From Hydrolagus affinis (Eukaryota): a stretch of 64,000 nucleotides of DNA. Numbering within the stretch: the stretch's first letter is position 1; every line of letters begins with the position of its first letter. A program made the position numbers and the translations under genes. The notes under the pieces are model-generated. The model was not told the origin of the DNA and made no database searches. It worked only from the letters and a program-made list of their open reading frames with translations. Below, in pieces: positions 13,695-26,997 of the stretch. The DNA lies in NCBI GenBank assembly GCA_012026655.1, contig JAAILG010001030.1:1-64000 (forward strand). Direction: 5' to 3'.

Positions 13695-14030
13695 TTACCA
13701 TGTTATCGAGATGTCCCAAAGTGCTTGACTGTAAAGTGTAGTGACTGTGTGTTTTTCTGGTTGAACAACGCAGCCCATTTGCATCTAACAATATACCACA
13801 AACAGCTGTGAAGTGAATGATTTTCTGGTCCATTGATGGCCAGATCACTGGGAGAAACTCCTTTCTCTTTTCAAGTAGTGCCCATGGGAGATCATTAATT
13901 ACCACATTAACATTTCCCAACATTGCATTGGTTTCAGCCTAGACTGAGTTCAAAGTCATGATATGGCACTTGAACCCACAACCTCTGACTCAGGGACAAG
14001 TGTGCTGCCAACTACACCAAGCTCACACCT
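13695..14030 (-). mobile_element. Deu-domain SINE
   Basis: tgaacccacaacctctgactcagg...tagtgcccatggga...gggagaaactcc. Confidence 0.78.
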
Positions 14031-14601
14031 GTTGTGGTCTCACATTCTTGTACACAGGAACAATGAGCTATAGTCTCCTTTTATGTTTGATTCTCTCTGT
14101 CTGTAGCCCCTTTTCTCCAGCCTCACTTCCTTTCCTGTATGAAACAGAGATGAAAAGAAAATCTATGAAAGTACAAAAATAAAACAGTGAGCACATTATA
14201 ATTATGCATTTATATTATGCACCTCAAGAAGAAATATGTGTTCGAGTGACTCAACATTTCAAAAGGAAAAGTACATTCAGATTTTGTTGTAACCTTTTGT
14301 CAGAACTGGAATCATCTTGCAGAAGAAAGCTGTTTATAAGAGGCTTCTAACTATTACAGCTTTCATAAAGGTTCACTCCCAAAATATTACCCTTGATTTC
14401 TGTTTCCTGTGTTGATTGAGCTGGGTGTGTCTTTGCTTCTTTAGCTATGTTGCTTTTAGTCAAACCCAATGTGCATTTTCGATTTTGCAGAATCAGGAAT
14501 CAAAGCTTACAAAGGCAGTGGTTAAAACACTTGAGTTTTTCTGTGATGAATTCAAGGAAATTCATAAGATGAGATTTGGTTTTGATGACCTAGATTGGTT
14601 C

Positions 14602-14912
14602 CAGGGCTAATCAGAGGGGAGCCCAGGAGGACCATTTGGCCTGGGCCTCAAGCTCAATAGGGGCCTCAAATTTAGACACGTTAATTTTTTGGGCATTTAT
14701 TAAGTATCGCGACTTGTTGGGAACACTTTTACACGTTTTTATAAGGTTTATTTTAAAAAAACAAAATTTGAATTATAATTTCCTAATATTGTATTGTAGT
14801 TATTAAATATGGTGAGACCGTGATTTGGAACTTCACCTTTTTTTTTCTAATGGGTTAGGGGCCTCAAAAGTTGGAAGTGGCCCGGGTCTCTCTGAATCTC
14901 TGAGAGGACCTG
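14602..14912. mobile_element. hAT-superfamily MITE (CAGG termini, Tip100-like)
   Basis: Imperfect TIRs CAGGGCTAATCAGAG / CTCTGAGAGGACCTG. The 8-bp TSD is ATTGGTTC (14594-14601) versus ATTGGTTA (14913-14920). Subterminal GGGCCTCAA repeats. Confidence 0.8.
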
Positions 14913-14934
14913 ATTGGTTATTGCAGTAAACACA

Positions 14935-15200
14935 TGGAGTCCTGTAGCTCACTGGCTAGAGCATTCGCCTTACAATAAGAGACCTGGTTTTGATTCCCAG
15001 CAGGATGAAACCTTGTTTGTGGGGCACTGCTGTGCGCAATTGGCTGCCTAGTTTTGCCTGCAAATATACAGTCAATTTCACTTTACAGTAATATTCTGTG
15101 AAGCACTATGAGATATCTTGAAGATATAAATGTAATTTGTTGTTGTTGTTGTTGATGTAGAAAGCATTGTATCAAACCCAAGGATTATTAGTATTATTAT
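14935..15200 (+). mobile_element. SINE2 with internal deletion and an inserted L2 micro-tail
   Basis: Head tggagtcctgtagctcactgg. The sequence ataaatgtaatttgttgttgttgttgtt is inserted at about 15124-15153. Confidence 0.85.
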
Positions 15201-15344
15201 CTCAGAGCTTTCTGCAGTGACACTGTTGGAGCAAGCATGAAATTCATGGTGACCATAACTTCTCGAAGTTTAAAGGCAAAATATGCGAAAATTAAATTAA
15301 CCACACATGTTTACCAATTTATTTCTTAAATAAATAGAGTGATT

Positions 15345-15770
15345 CTGACAGGAACATGGGACATAGCAAATCAGGAACAGGAGGAGCTACCCAACTCATT
15401 GAGTCTGCTCTGTCAGTTTATTAGATCTTTGGAGATGTTTTAATCCCAATGTCTTTAGCCATACTACATAATACCTCTTATATTGGGTTAGCTCACTTTT
15501 AAACATACCACTTGATTCCACCTACACAGCTTTCTGGGGCAGAGCATTCCGCATCCTTACATCATCTCTCTGTGTGAAGAAATGCTTCCTGACATCATTT
15601 CTAATTGCTGGGTTCTGATTTAAACTTATGCCACCTTTGTATTAGATTTTCCCTCTACAAATTGTAAGTCAATTACTTTTATTATTTTGAATTCCTCAAT
15701 CAAATCACTCCTTAATCTACAGTCTACTGAAGAATATAATCCCAGTCTACCATTCCCCTCAAACCCAGCA
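15345..15770 (-). mobile_element. CR1 LINE 3' end
   Basis: The minus strand encodes RLRSDLIEEFKIIK (compare CR1 RLRGDLIEVYKIMKG), followed by a CR1-type 3'UTR. Confidence 0.7.
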
Positions 15771-16242
15771 TCCCATTTGCCTAATTGGCTACTTTCTGCA
15801 CCTGAAAATTGGATTGTAATGTGCAACTGAATGTGAACCCATTTTTAATGCTTGGTTCAATCTATAACATTCTCGCCTCTCAGTCATGAGATTGTAGCCT
15901 CCATGTCCCGCTTTTTTATGTCATTCATAGTAAAATCCTGTGAAGTGCTTTGAGACATCTCATGGTAAGGACTGTATGAAATGTAAGGCTTATTGTATTA
16001 GTAACATTGTTATTTGTTGCATCGCATTGTTGGAGGTATTTATGCAAAGCATTGTTGTAGGTGCCGGCAATTAGCTGAGACATTAATCCAAGATTCTATT
16101 GCCTGTTCAGGTGGATATTGAACACCCCTTGGCACTATTCCAACAGTTTCTCCCCACTAAAGATCCATGTCAAAAATACTTCAGATAAATTAATCATCTA
16201 CTTCCTTTGTAGGCCTTCACCACATGCAAACTAGCTGCCAGT

Positions 16243-16295
16243 TAGGGTGACCATATTGTGTGAACCAAATTCAGGGACACATACAAAAAAATTAA
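16243..16295. mobile_element. hAT-Blackjack-like terminus, truncated
   Basis: TAGGGTGACCATATT...GGGACA, typical of Blackjack-type ends. No partner end found. Confidence 0.45.
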
Positions 16296-16296
16296 A

Positions 16297-16800
16297 CTCT
16301 ACCTCAAAGCTAAGGCCCTTCTTTTCTGGTACCATCCTGGTAAATCTCCTCTGTACCCTTTCCAATACCTTAACATTTTTCATAAAGTGCGGTGCCCAAA
16401 ATTGAACACAGTACTCCAACTGAGGCCTAACCAGCATTTTATAAAGATTCATCAAAACCTCCTGACTTTTGTATTCTATACCCCTATTTATAAACATCCC
16501 ATATGCTTTTTAATAGCTTTATCTACCTATCCTGCCACCTCCAGAGATTTACTTATATGGTCCCCTGATCTCTCTGTTCATTTATCCCCTTTAAAAGTGT
16601 ACTGTACCATGTATCTTATAGTGCCTTGGGACATCCTCCCAATGTGAAAGGTGCTCTATAAATGTAATTTGGTTGTTGTTGTTATGCTGCCTCTCCTCAT
16701 TTTTCCTACCAAGATGAACACTTCACATTTTTCCACAATAAACCTCATTTGCAACATTTCTGCCTATTTTTACCAATCTGTCTAAATCCTTTCCTGTAAA
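16297..16800 (-). mobile_element. CR1 LINE ORF2 fragment interrupted by an L2 tail (about 16618-16684)
   Basis: Encodes FINRGIEYKSQEVLMNLYKMLVRPQLEYCVQFWAPHFMKNVKVLERVQRRFTRMVP. Confidence 0.9.
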
Positions 16801-18109
16801 GTCACTACGCTCAACAGTAATTATCTATGAAGCCACATTTCAAATAAAGTAAATAGCCTTGTATTTATTTCACTTCAAACATTCTAAAAATAAAGCACAT
16901 TATATTCCCTGGCACACTGCATATATCACACTTAAATTGATATGTACTGTTTCACTCATCTGCTCAAGTTTAATTGCATTGCAAAAAATCTGATCTGGCT
17001 GCTTGTGATATTATGAGAAGTTCACCCTTTGGTTCTGCTCACAGATCATCTACCACTCAATAAAACACAAATGAACAATTTCTACTTTAACCACTGACTA
17101 ACCATGAGCAACATTGTCACAATGGTTGCACATTTCTATCAGCATTATTATTATTTGCAGCATAACTACATTACACCAACAATGTTTGGTTTGCTGTACG
17201 CAGTCAAACATTGCACTTAATAATGTTTGGGAGTTAACACAAGATATGTGATTGCAGTGAAAAGTATGCAAAGAATTTTCTAAACAGGATGGAAACAAAG
17301 CAGCAAATAAACATTTTCCATTAATCTTCAAACCTCCTTGTGAAGGCAATGCCTCCCTTAAGAAAAAAATGGAAGGCTGATATCTAAAAGGTTATCTAAA
17401 GAGAATTGCACAGTTGAATTGAGAGAATAGAGTGTCCTAACCTCGAGGCCTGTCTTCTCTAGAATCCAAATCGCACTTATTTTCATTTAATCCACTATCC
17501 AATTAACCTATGGAACTCTTCCTCAACTCCTTTGCCTTGACACCTGAAGTCTTTCCTCTTCCTCTGTATCTACAGATCAATTTCCCTTTCTACCCAGCTT
17601 GGCATCAAACTACACTATTGTTAACGGCTCGTCATCAAATTATACCATACTTAAGTGCTCTGGAATGTGGCCTGGCTTGGAGGGCACTAGATAAATACAA
17701 GTTACTGTTGTTATTTGGAGAGAAAATAATAATTTTGCCTTAAAAAGAAACTGATATTCATGTGGTGCCTCTCAATCTAACAAATAAACACCACTTCATG
17801 AATTTTAATGTGATCTGTTTTACCTTTTTTTTGACGATCTTGTAATATGGAAACCATTGCGTTTAAATGTTGACAGAAGCAATTCTTTAATCCCTGAAGG
17901 AAAACAAACCTGGACATAAATTATTGTCAGTATCAAGGCTTTGCTAATGTCATATTGTACAGTACCACAATTTGTCATTCGATGAGCACTGTCAGGAAGG
18001 AAGTCTTGGAGTTTCAGAAAACATTTAAATTGATTTTCAACATCAAAGTCCTCATCAATGTTTCATCTGAAGATTTAGGCAGACAATATGGAACATTGAA
18101 AGAAAAGCT

Positions 18110-18400
18110 GAGTTGAGCTGGAGTGTCAATTAACACTCTCACCTCTGGTTCAAAATGTTGTATGTTGTGGGTTTAAACCCCATATCAAGATTTGACCTTT
18201 GTTGATCTCATTCTTTGGATGGAAAGTTAAACTGAAAACAGTCTCTGGTTGTTCAATTAGATGTTATGGTTTCAATGATAGCACTTGAAAAGAGAAGCAG
18301 GTTGCTCCCAGCCACAGTTATTTGGCTAAATTGATCATTTTTACTCTTTGTGAGACCTTGCCATGTGCAGAATAGCTGCATTCTATGTTTTAAAAGTTTC
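18110..18400 (+). mobile_element. Deu-domain SINE, degraded
   Basis: actctcacctctgg...gttgtgggtttaaacccca...gagaagcagg...tgtgagaccttgccatgtgca. Confidence 0.6.
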
Positions 18401-18914
18401 TAGGCCATTGAATTGACTGTCTTTTAGAGTATTACTTGTAAATCTGAATTGATTCTAATCCACTACATTTGTACTACAGTGACACATTATCAATTTCAAT
18501 CATATCAACCCTGCAGAAACTATCTTCTCAAAAGTCTTACAAATGAAAGTTCTAGTGTAATTTGTTTCAGTGTCATTACTTAACTCTCATTTATCATAAG
18601 CTTTTCATAGGTGATTTGACAATAATAATAATCTTTGCATTTAATATAGCGCTTTGTAAAACAACCAGATCGGGCATTGCAGGGGTGTGTGTTTTTTATT
18701 AAAATAAAAGCCAAGGCTGTGATATGCATTAATCTGGAAGCTTTGCTTGGGGTGTGGGTGTTTTGCTGCTTTGTGGCTGCTCTCATTTTCCATCTAAATT
18801 AGTCAATTCACCCTCTCTCCCTGCCTCTCTTGCAAACCCGGAGAGTTTACTGCTGCACCGGCAGCATTCTGAGCTAGTAGCAGCATTCCAAAATACTGAC
18901 GCGGAGGGATATTC

Positions 18915-19046
18915 AGCAACACAAAACACCCTAAAAATGCATTTTTCCGGATAACTTCTGGTTAATCGAATGCGGACCTTTATTTTGTGGTGCCGGTTAT
19001 AGGGAAGTTACTGTTGATCAGGTCATGGATAAACGGGCTTTTACTG
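18915..19046. mobile_element. Tigger/pogo MITE family A, one-ended fragment
   Basis: GGATAAACGGGCTTTTACTG|TA plus about 120 bp matching 8305-8437. No left TIR seen. Confidence 0.8.
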
Positions 19047-19614
19047 TAGTATGTCATATGGCCTTATAATTTTGCTGTCATTGTTATATTGTAGCCATTA
19101 CAAATATTTGTATAAACATTGATTATTCTGTGACATCTTACTGGATAATGTTCATTTAATAACATATCTCACACAAATAAATATCTGGTGGCTCTTAAAA
19201 CATGCACCACTCTCACACAATAATTGCATTAGAATATAATAGCTGAGTAGCAGAGAAGACAGGAGTTAGATTCACAAAGTGTTCACAGCGCAGGAGAAAG
19301 CCTTTTGGCTCATTATGTCCATACTCTGTTAGGTCACTCATTGGACCTACCCACTAATTCCATTGCCCCCTTCTTTCCACATGCTCTGTAATATTCATTT
19401 TAAATGTTGTAATGGTCTCAGTTTCAACAGATGTTCATATTAGGTGTTTTGTATTCTAACAGGACACTCACTTTTGTGAATTTGACGCTGAAGCCTATCT
19501 ATTGATTTATTCTACTTGGAGTCCAGTTTATAATTTTCTACTTCTGATCAATGCCTTAAGATGGATCCAAAGGTAACCTTTAGGCTGTGGAGGTAAATGT
19601 TCAACCTCACTTAG

Positions 19615-19615
<1 letters not shown>

Positions 19616-19643
<28 letters not shown>
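19616..19643. repeat. (TCAA)n microsatellite
   Basis: About 7 units, read directly. Confidence 0.95.
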
Positions 19644-19645
<2 letters not shown>

Positions 19646-19747
19646 CTTACATTTATATATCTCATATATAGATAACTCATTAGTAAAGTTTGGGTAACAT
19701 ATAATAATGATAATAATCTTTGCATTTGACACAATGCCTTATATAAA

Positions 19748-19960
19748 CCAAACACCAAATGCTGTAGATGCTGGAATCTGAGACAAATTAGAATTCACTG
19801 GGAACACTTGGGAGGTCAGGCAGTATCTATGGAGAAAGGAAAATGAGTTAACGTTACAGGTTCATGACTCTTCATCAGGACTAGGACATGTTGGGAGGGA
19901 GAGGTTTTTAAGGATTAATAGAGAGGGGGTTGGCAGGGTAAGGAAGACAAATCCAAAAAT
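19748..19960 (-). mobile_element. Penelope-like element terminal remnant with a degenerate hammerhead motif
   Basis: aaatgctgtagatgctggaatctg...ggaacacttgggaggtcaggcagtatctatggaga...gagttaacgttacagg...cttcatcagga resembles the common chondrichthyan PLE-derived repeat. Confidence 0.65.
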
Positions 19961-21277
19961 GAGGTAGAGGACAGGATATGATGGGTTAAAGAGGTGTTAA
20001 TAAGAATATATAAACATGTTGTTCACCAATTGGGCGTCAGGCCATTGGGATCGCAGACCTTAAGAGTTTCCTCACGAGCCATTTAACAGACAGTTTGCCT
20101 TAAAAGGACCAAGTGATAAGGTAAAGGAGACCATAAGGATGTCATTAAAGATAGCTCTTATAAAAATCTGTTAATCTGAATTACCAGGGAATTGATATTG
20201 GAGGACGAATTTATGCTGCTAAGCAGTTTGCATGCATGCAGTAATTAAATCGTAACCATTACTATGACTTTATAATATATATTTTAATTATAATAGCAAT
20301 TACAAAATGAGGTTTGTTTGAAATGAAGCAAAACAACCTAGCTGGCCACTTAAAAGTTCTGAGTTATGTGCGTTAATGAGCTAAAACAACCAGTCTAAAA
20401 ATATTATATCATTGATGTAACCCAGGTTAAACAAAAATTACTGAAATTATCAGGAGGATCTTGAACACAGCTGAACCACAAAGGATCTTGAATATAGCTG
20501 AAACATGAAGAACTCCACTTGCGCATTATATTGATGTGAGACTAATGTGTTTGTTATGTGTGGTTCAACGCTACTTACTACAAATAAACTGCAATATATC
20601 TAATTGGCCATGCTTATTTTTTCAACTAGTCTTGCTGGAGGTGATAGTACCACCGTATCAATTAGGAGGATGACGGTGTTACATGTACACAAATTGCATT
20701 CAGCTAAAGGTGCATGAAATTAAGATTTCTTGACACTGAAATCAATTTGGTGTTTCATTCAATGGATCATAACTTGCCTGTACCTTATATGGACAGTTAA
20801 TCTCCAGCTGAATAATTATTATCCTGGATTTATAGCTGAATGCATGTCTGTCAAGTAGATTTATATTTGTTGGATGGGATGAAACCATTCTAATATAACT
20901 AGAAGTTTACAGACTCACAATTTATTCACAGTGCACAATGCTCTTTTTTTTTAATCAGCTAACAAGAAACACCCTTATATTTCAGGGAACTCAAATGATT
21001 AGCAGTAAAATAAAAAGAGCATCAGAAAACAAAACAAGGAAGAATTCATTATAGTCTAAACGTACCTCCAAATGCAATCTGTTAACACATTAATGTATCC
21101 CCGTGATGTCAAAGATACCATAATATATGCATCCAAAGAGGGTCAAATTCTGAATTCGTAACATGGCTGTTTGTGAATCATTGCTCTGCACAACACACTG
21201 CCATATTTGCTATAAAATACATTCAATTCACTTTATAGCATATCCTGGGAAGCTCTTTGAGACATCTCAACCATGTG

Positions 21278-21535
21278 ATAATAATCCTTGCATTTGATGT
21301 ACAGTGCTTTTCACATCTTTTAGATGTCTCAAAGTGCCTCTCAAAATATACTGCAAAGTGAATAGACTGTACATATTTGTGGGTGAAGCGAGACAGCCAA
21401 TCACAATGTTGCACAAACAGTCGTAAACTGAAGTGAACTATTTTATTTTTGCTTTTTTTGAGGGATTATTTCAGTCATGTGGAGTAAGTAAACTTGCCCA
21501 AGCTTTCGCCTTGCCAGGAATCAACCCAGGTTTCC
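21278..21535 (-). mobile_element. SINE2, 5'-truncated
   Basis: Matches the family body and tail. Confidence 0.85.
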
Positions 21536-22220
21536 AAGGATATTTATTGCTGTCCTGGTGACTACCTCAGTGCCATTGACATCAACAAACTCCATGGCTC
21601 TCTTTGCTCCACCAGTGGATTAGAATTCAGCCATTCTACTCTTTTCTGTGGCATTCATTCCCATGTCTGGGTTTTGCTGTGCTGAATGCATTTTTAAAGT
21701 AAGTTCTCCAATACATTAAAGGCTGCATTATTAAGAATAATAAATGATCATACTTAACATTGGCCTCTCCCAAAATCAGAAAACAGAACACAGAAACACT
21801 TAACAAATCAGTTGTAGAAGATGTGAAGCTATATTATTACAAATCCATAAGCTAAGAATGCCTGAAAAGGCTACGTGAATATTTTAATGCATACAGCTGG
21901 TGGCAATCTTGTTGGGTAAATAATAGTGGAACCTTTTGTTAAATACTAAAATTCATGATCATCTAACACATATGAAGAATCTCTATTAAAAAGCATAGAG
22001 TAAAGTGGACAGCCTGATTTAATTACAATTAGATGGTTCATCATATTTGAGATCTTCTGACTAAGGTAAGAAGAATGGGGGAAAATACTAACTCAATGTC
22101 TATTTTTTGGAACATGTGTGTTTCATAACAAAAAACAGGCAAGTTTGAAATGTTCACACCAGATTAATGTACAGATAATTAATTATGGACTTGAATAATA
22201 TATTGGTATACCCCCACCAT

Positions 22221-22541
22221 GTGGAACTGCTGTAGCTCAGTGGTTAGAGCACTCGCCTTACAAGGGTGAGACCTGTGTTTGAATCCAGGCAGATCAGGGC
22301 AAAACCTTGGGCAAGTTTCCTTACTCCACACGCCTAATAATAATTCCTCCAAAAAAAACCACAATAATAAAAATTGGTCATTTCAATCCACGACTGTTTG
22401 TGGGACACTGCTGTGCGAAATAGGCTGCCGCATTTTGCCCACAAATATACAGTCAATTCACTTTACAGTATATTCTGTGAAGCGCTTTGAGATGTCGATA
22501 AGATGTGAAAAGCACTAAATCAAATGCAAGGATTATTATTA
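22221..22541 (+). mobile_element. Full-length SINE2
   Basis: A and B boxes, body and ATT tail. Confidence 0.93.
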
Positions 22542-22864
22542 ATATATTGTATTTATACAAAGGACCTACAAGAAATTAACAACAACAAAATTCCACCCAC
22601 CTTTCAATGGCTGAGAATCACAATTTCACTTCAATCTTTGATTCACTTTAAAACTTTATATGCATTCAATGACTGTTTTCCCTAAAGTCACTACTGGAGT
22701 TAAAAATTATACCAAGACAGTATCATGATTGATTCTTGCTTGCTGTGGAGTTGAATCCTGGAAGAGTTTGACTGATAAATAATGCACAAATTAGTCAGGA
22801 AGATTGGTTAATTAGAATATTCAAATCAAAGAAGGTAAGATACCCATATTACAAACATTAGCGC

Positions 22865-22870
22865 TTTATT
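22865..22870 (-). other. HS3ST1: Probable polyadenylation signal of HS3ST1 (alternative proximal AATAAA at 23517-23522)
   Basis: AATAAA on the minus strand about 730 nt after the stop, followed by U/GU-rich sequence. The repeat-free stretch ends at the SINE at 22220-22540. Confidence 0.55.
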
Positions 22871-23595
22871 TCATCGTATATGGTCAAGTTAGTACATAAT
22901 CAGCTCCAAAAAGTTAGATTTTTTACAAAAAATGACACTTACAGAGCATCCATCACAACACAGGATTGACTGTCTGGATATGCCAGAATACAAAAGATCC
23001 TCAAATCATCCCTCTCCCCGGGGAAATAAATAGAAACAAAATAAAATTTAAATACCTTGGGAACTAGTAGCAAATATATAAATGCTGGGTTTTCACTTCA
23101 ATAATGAAATCACAATCGCTAAACTATTACAGTCCATTCACAACATTGCCCGGTTGTGGGGAAATGTTGTATGTACTGAATAATAGCAGCGAGTATATGA
23201 TTTGAAAATAACAATTCAACCGAAATATTGCACTCTTTGGGACAGGACATTTACTCACAAATGTCAAAGGAAAAGTACATGTTGTCTTTAAAATGCATCT
23301 CTGGCATGGTGGGGAATACAAGGAGCTTATACAATTTCTCCTTTTCCATGGAACACCACGTTGCAAAAACTGAGATATTTCGGTTACCTAAGATACATAA
23401 TAAAAAAATTACAGCTGAGCTTTACATTGTTGCCACAATATAGAAAAATATAACTAGCTCTGAATGAAGATGCCTACTTTTAATATTGTACAGTTACTTC
23501 ACTCATTCTAAGGATATTTATTTAATTAACTAATTCAGTATAATTTTGCACATTATGCAAAGCATTTTTAGAAAAGAATCTTCACACTTATTAAG

Positions 23596-24813
<1,218 letters not shown>

Positions 24814-25381
24814 CTAAATTAAAACATTCCAGCAAAAGAGATCGGCAACAAATGTTTTTTTTCTTGCACACATAGCCCCAAATCCAATTATAAATAACTT
24901 TGTCATTTTCAAATTACTGTAGATTGCCTGGTCTATTTTCACATCACTTCATTGCATTTACATATTGAAATAAAAACAGAAGAGTAACAAAAAAAACGCT
25001 GGTAGTGTACTTTGCTAATGTGATTCATTGAAGAAATATTAGCAAACCACATTTAGAAGCAAGGAATGGTCCGGAATACATTTGCATTGAATTTAAGAGT
25101 GTCCCTTGCATATCAACAATAAAATGAGGCTGCTGTTTCTTTTAGACAGGAGCAGGGAAAACACTCATTTTGGAGGGGGTGGTGGGGGAGAGAGAGGGGT
25201 GTGGGGGGGGGGGAGAGAGTGGGGGGAGAATAGAGAGGAATGAAACATTGGTTAAATGTTCTTTTTCGGGATTAACTAGTTTCTATAACCCACAAAAAAA
25301 AGACACACACACACAGAGCCTGGTGTCTCACATTCCACTCTGCATCGCAACCACATTCCCTCAACAGGGAGAAAAGCACAG

Positions 25382-25481
25382 NNNNNNNNNNNNNNNNNNN
25401 NNNNNNNNNNNNNNNNNNNNNNNNNNNNNNNNNNNNNNNNNNNNNNNNNNNNNNNNNNNNNNNNNNNNNNNNNNNNNNNNN
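25382..25481. other. Assembly gap (100 N)
   Basis: Run of 100 N. Confidence 1.
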
Positions 25482-26250
25482 CCCCCCCCCACACACACAC
25501 ACACCGGGGTCAATCCATAGGAGAGACTTGGGCATGGGATCAATGGAGAGGGCGAAGCGCCCCCCCCCCCGCTAATACATGCCTTGGTCTGTCGTGTCCG
25601 ATCCATCCGATTTTCCAGAAACTTTTATTTTATTTCTCGGCGACTGGAGCAGTTTGTGAACTGACAGTGGCTCCCCCCGCCCCCGACACACACGCTGTGG
25701 ATCCCAGCCAGATCACGGGAGTCAATCGAACAGTGTTTGTCAGAGCGACACGTTACTCCGGCCAGCGCCTCCCCCCAGCGCCGGCTGCAAACCACTGCGC
25801 TCGGGTGGAGGCGGAATTATCATCACCCGCGGATTACACCAGCCCAAATCACAGCACCGCGCCGGGGAGCGGAGGGCGGGGGGGGCGGGGGGGGCCACAA
25901 TAACATAACACATCGCTTCGAGTTCATACGAAAAAAGGTTTGAGAAATCACGAGAAGTCGGCAGCGGCTTGGGGAAAGGCTCCCAGAGGCGACTTGAAGT
26001 GACGTGATCAGTGGATTACATCTCTCCACGGTTCCTGCCGCCAGCACTCACACACAGTCTGCGGGAATTGAGTTCCAGCCGGCGATTCATTTATATTGCG
26101 CTCCCTGAGCTCAGGTGGTTTAACTCACACGCGATCACAGTCAACAATCCATCCGAAAATCCACTCAAAACTTTTGTGTCTGTCTGTGTGTGTGTGTGTG
26201 TGTGTGTGGGGGGGGGGGTGCGATTTATCTTAGCGTTTCGAACAATCTAA
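25482..26250. promoter_or_regulatory. Intronic CpG island, possible alternative promoter or enhancer
   Basis: Dense CpG, GGGCGG boxes near 25873-25890, TGACGT near 26000, TATAAAT on the minus strand at 26089-26095. Confidence 0.55.
26185..26218. repeat. (TG)n plus poly-G
   Basis: Read directly. Confidence 0.95.
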
Positions 26251-26669
26251 ATCATGCAGTGTCACAAGCAGCCACTGCTGTTTACAGTCAATTCCCTTTA
26301 CAGTGTATTCTGTGAAGCCTTTGAGGCATCGATAAGACGTGAAACGCGCTATAGCAAACGCAAGGATTATTATAGTACGCAAGATCTCACATATATAGTC
26401 CATGTCATAGTGTCACCTCAACCCTCCACAGATGGTGGGAGCCAGGTATTCGATTGGAGCTGAGTGTGGAGTTGCCTTTGGTCGCTACCAAGTGATTTTG
26501 GACCAACTCCAGACTGATCGAAGAGGAAGCAAAACAAGTTTTTGGCAATTTCCTGGTTCTAAGAGCTACATAACCCTCCACAGAAAACTCCACACACCAT
26601 CTCCTATTTGCAGATGGCAACAGAGTGGGTTGATCTTGGTTTGGGTGGGGGGATTGAAATATTGAACAT

Positions 26670-26997
26670 TGTGAGCTCCTGTAGCTCAGTGGTTAGTAGC
26701 TCACTCACCTTACAAGCCTGAGACCTGTGTTTCGAATCCAGGCAAGTCAGGGCGAAACCTCGGGCAAGTTTCCTTACTGCACACGCCTAGTAATAATCCC
26801 TCCAAAAAATAAGCTATAATAAACTGGTCATTTTCAATCCACGACTGTTTGTGGGACACTGCTGTGCGCAAATGGCTGCCACGTTTCACCCACGAACATA
26901 CAGTCAATTCACATGACAGTAGATTCCGTGAAGTGCTTTGAGACGTCTCGAAGACGTGATAAGGTGTTATATCGAATGCAAGGATCATGAATTATTA
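26670..26997 (+). mobile_element. Full-length SINE2 (in HS3ST1 intron)
   Basis: A and B boxes, body and tail. Confidence 0.92.

Noticed and set aside
22221-22300. tRNA gene-like sequences (A and B boxes)
   Set aside because: They are SINE heads. They continue into the SINE body and lack a proper cloverleaf and terminator.
26750-26800. GAAAC...GTT...CTGATAA-like arrangement in SINE2 resembling a hammerhead
   Set aside because: The second box is CTGATAA or CTAATAA rather than CUGANGA, and stems I and II cannot form.
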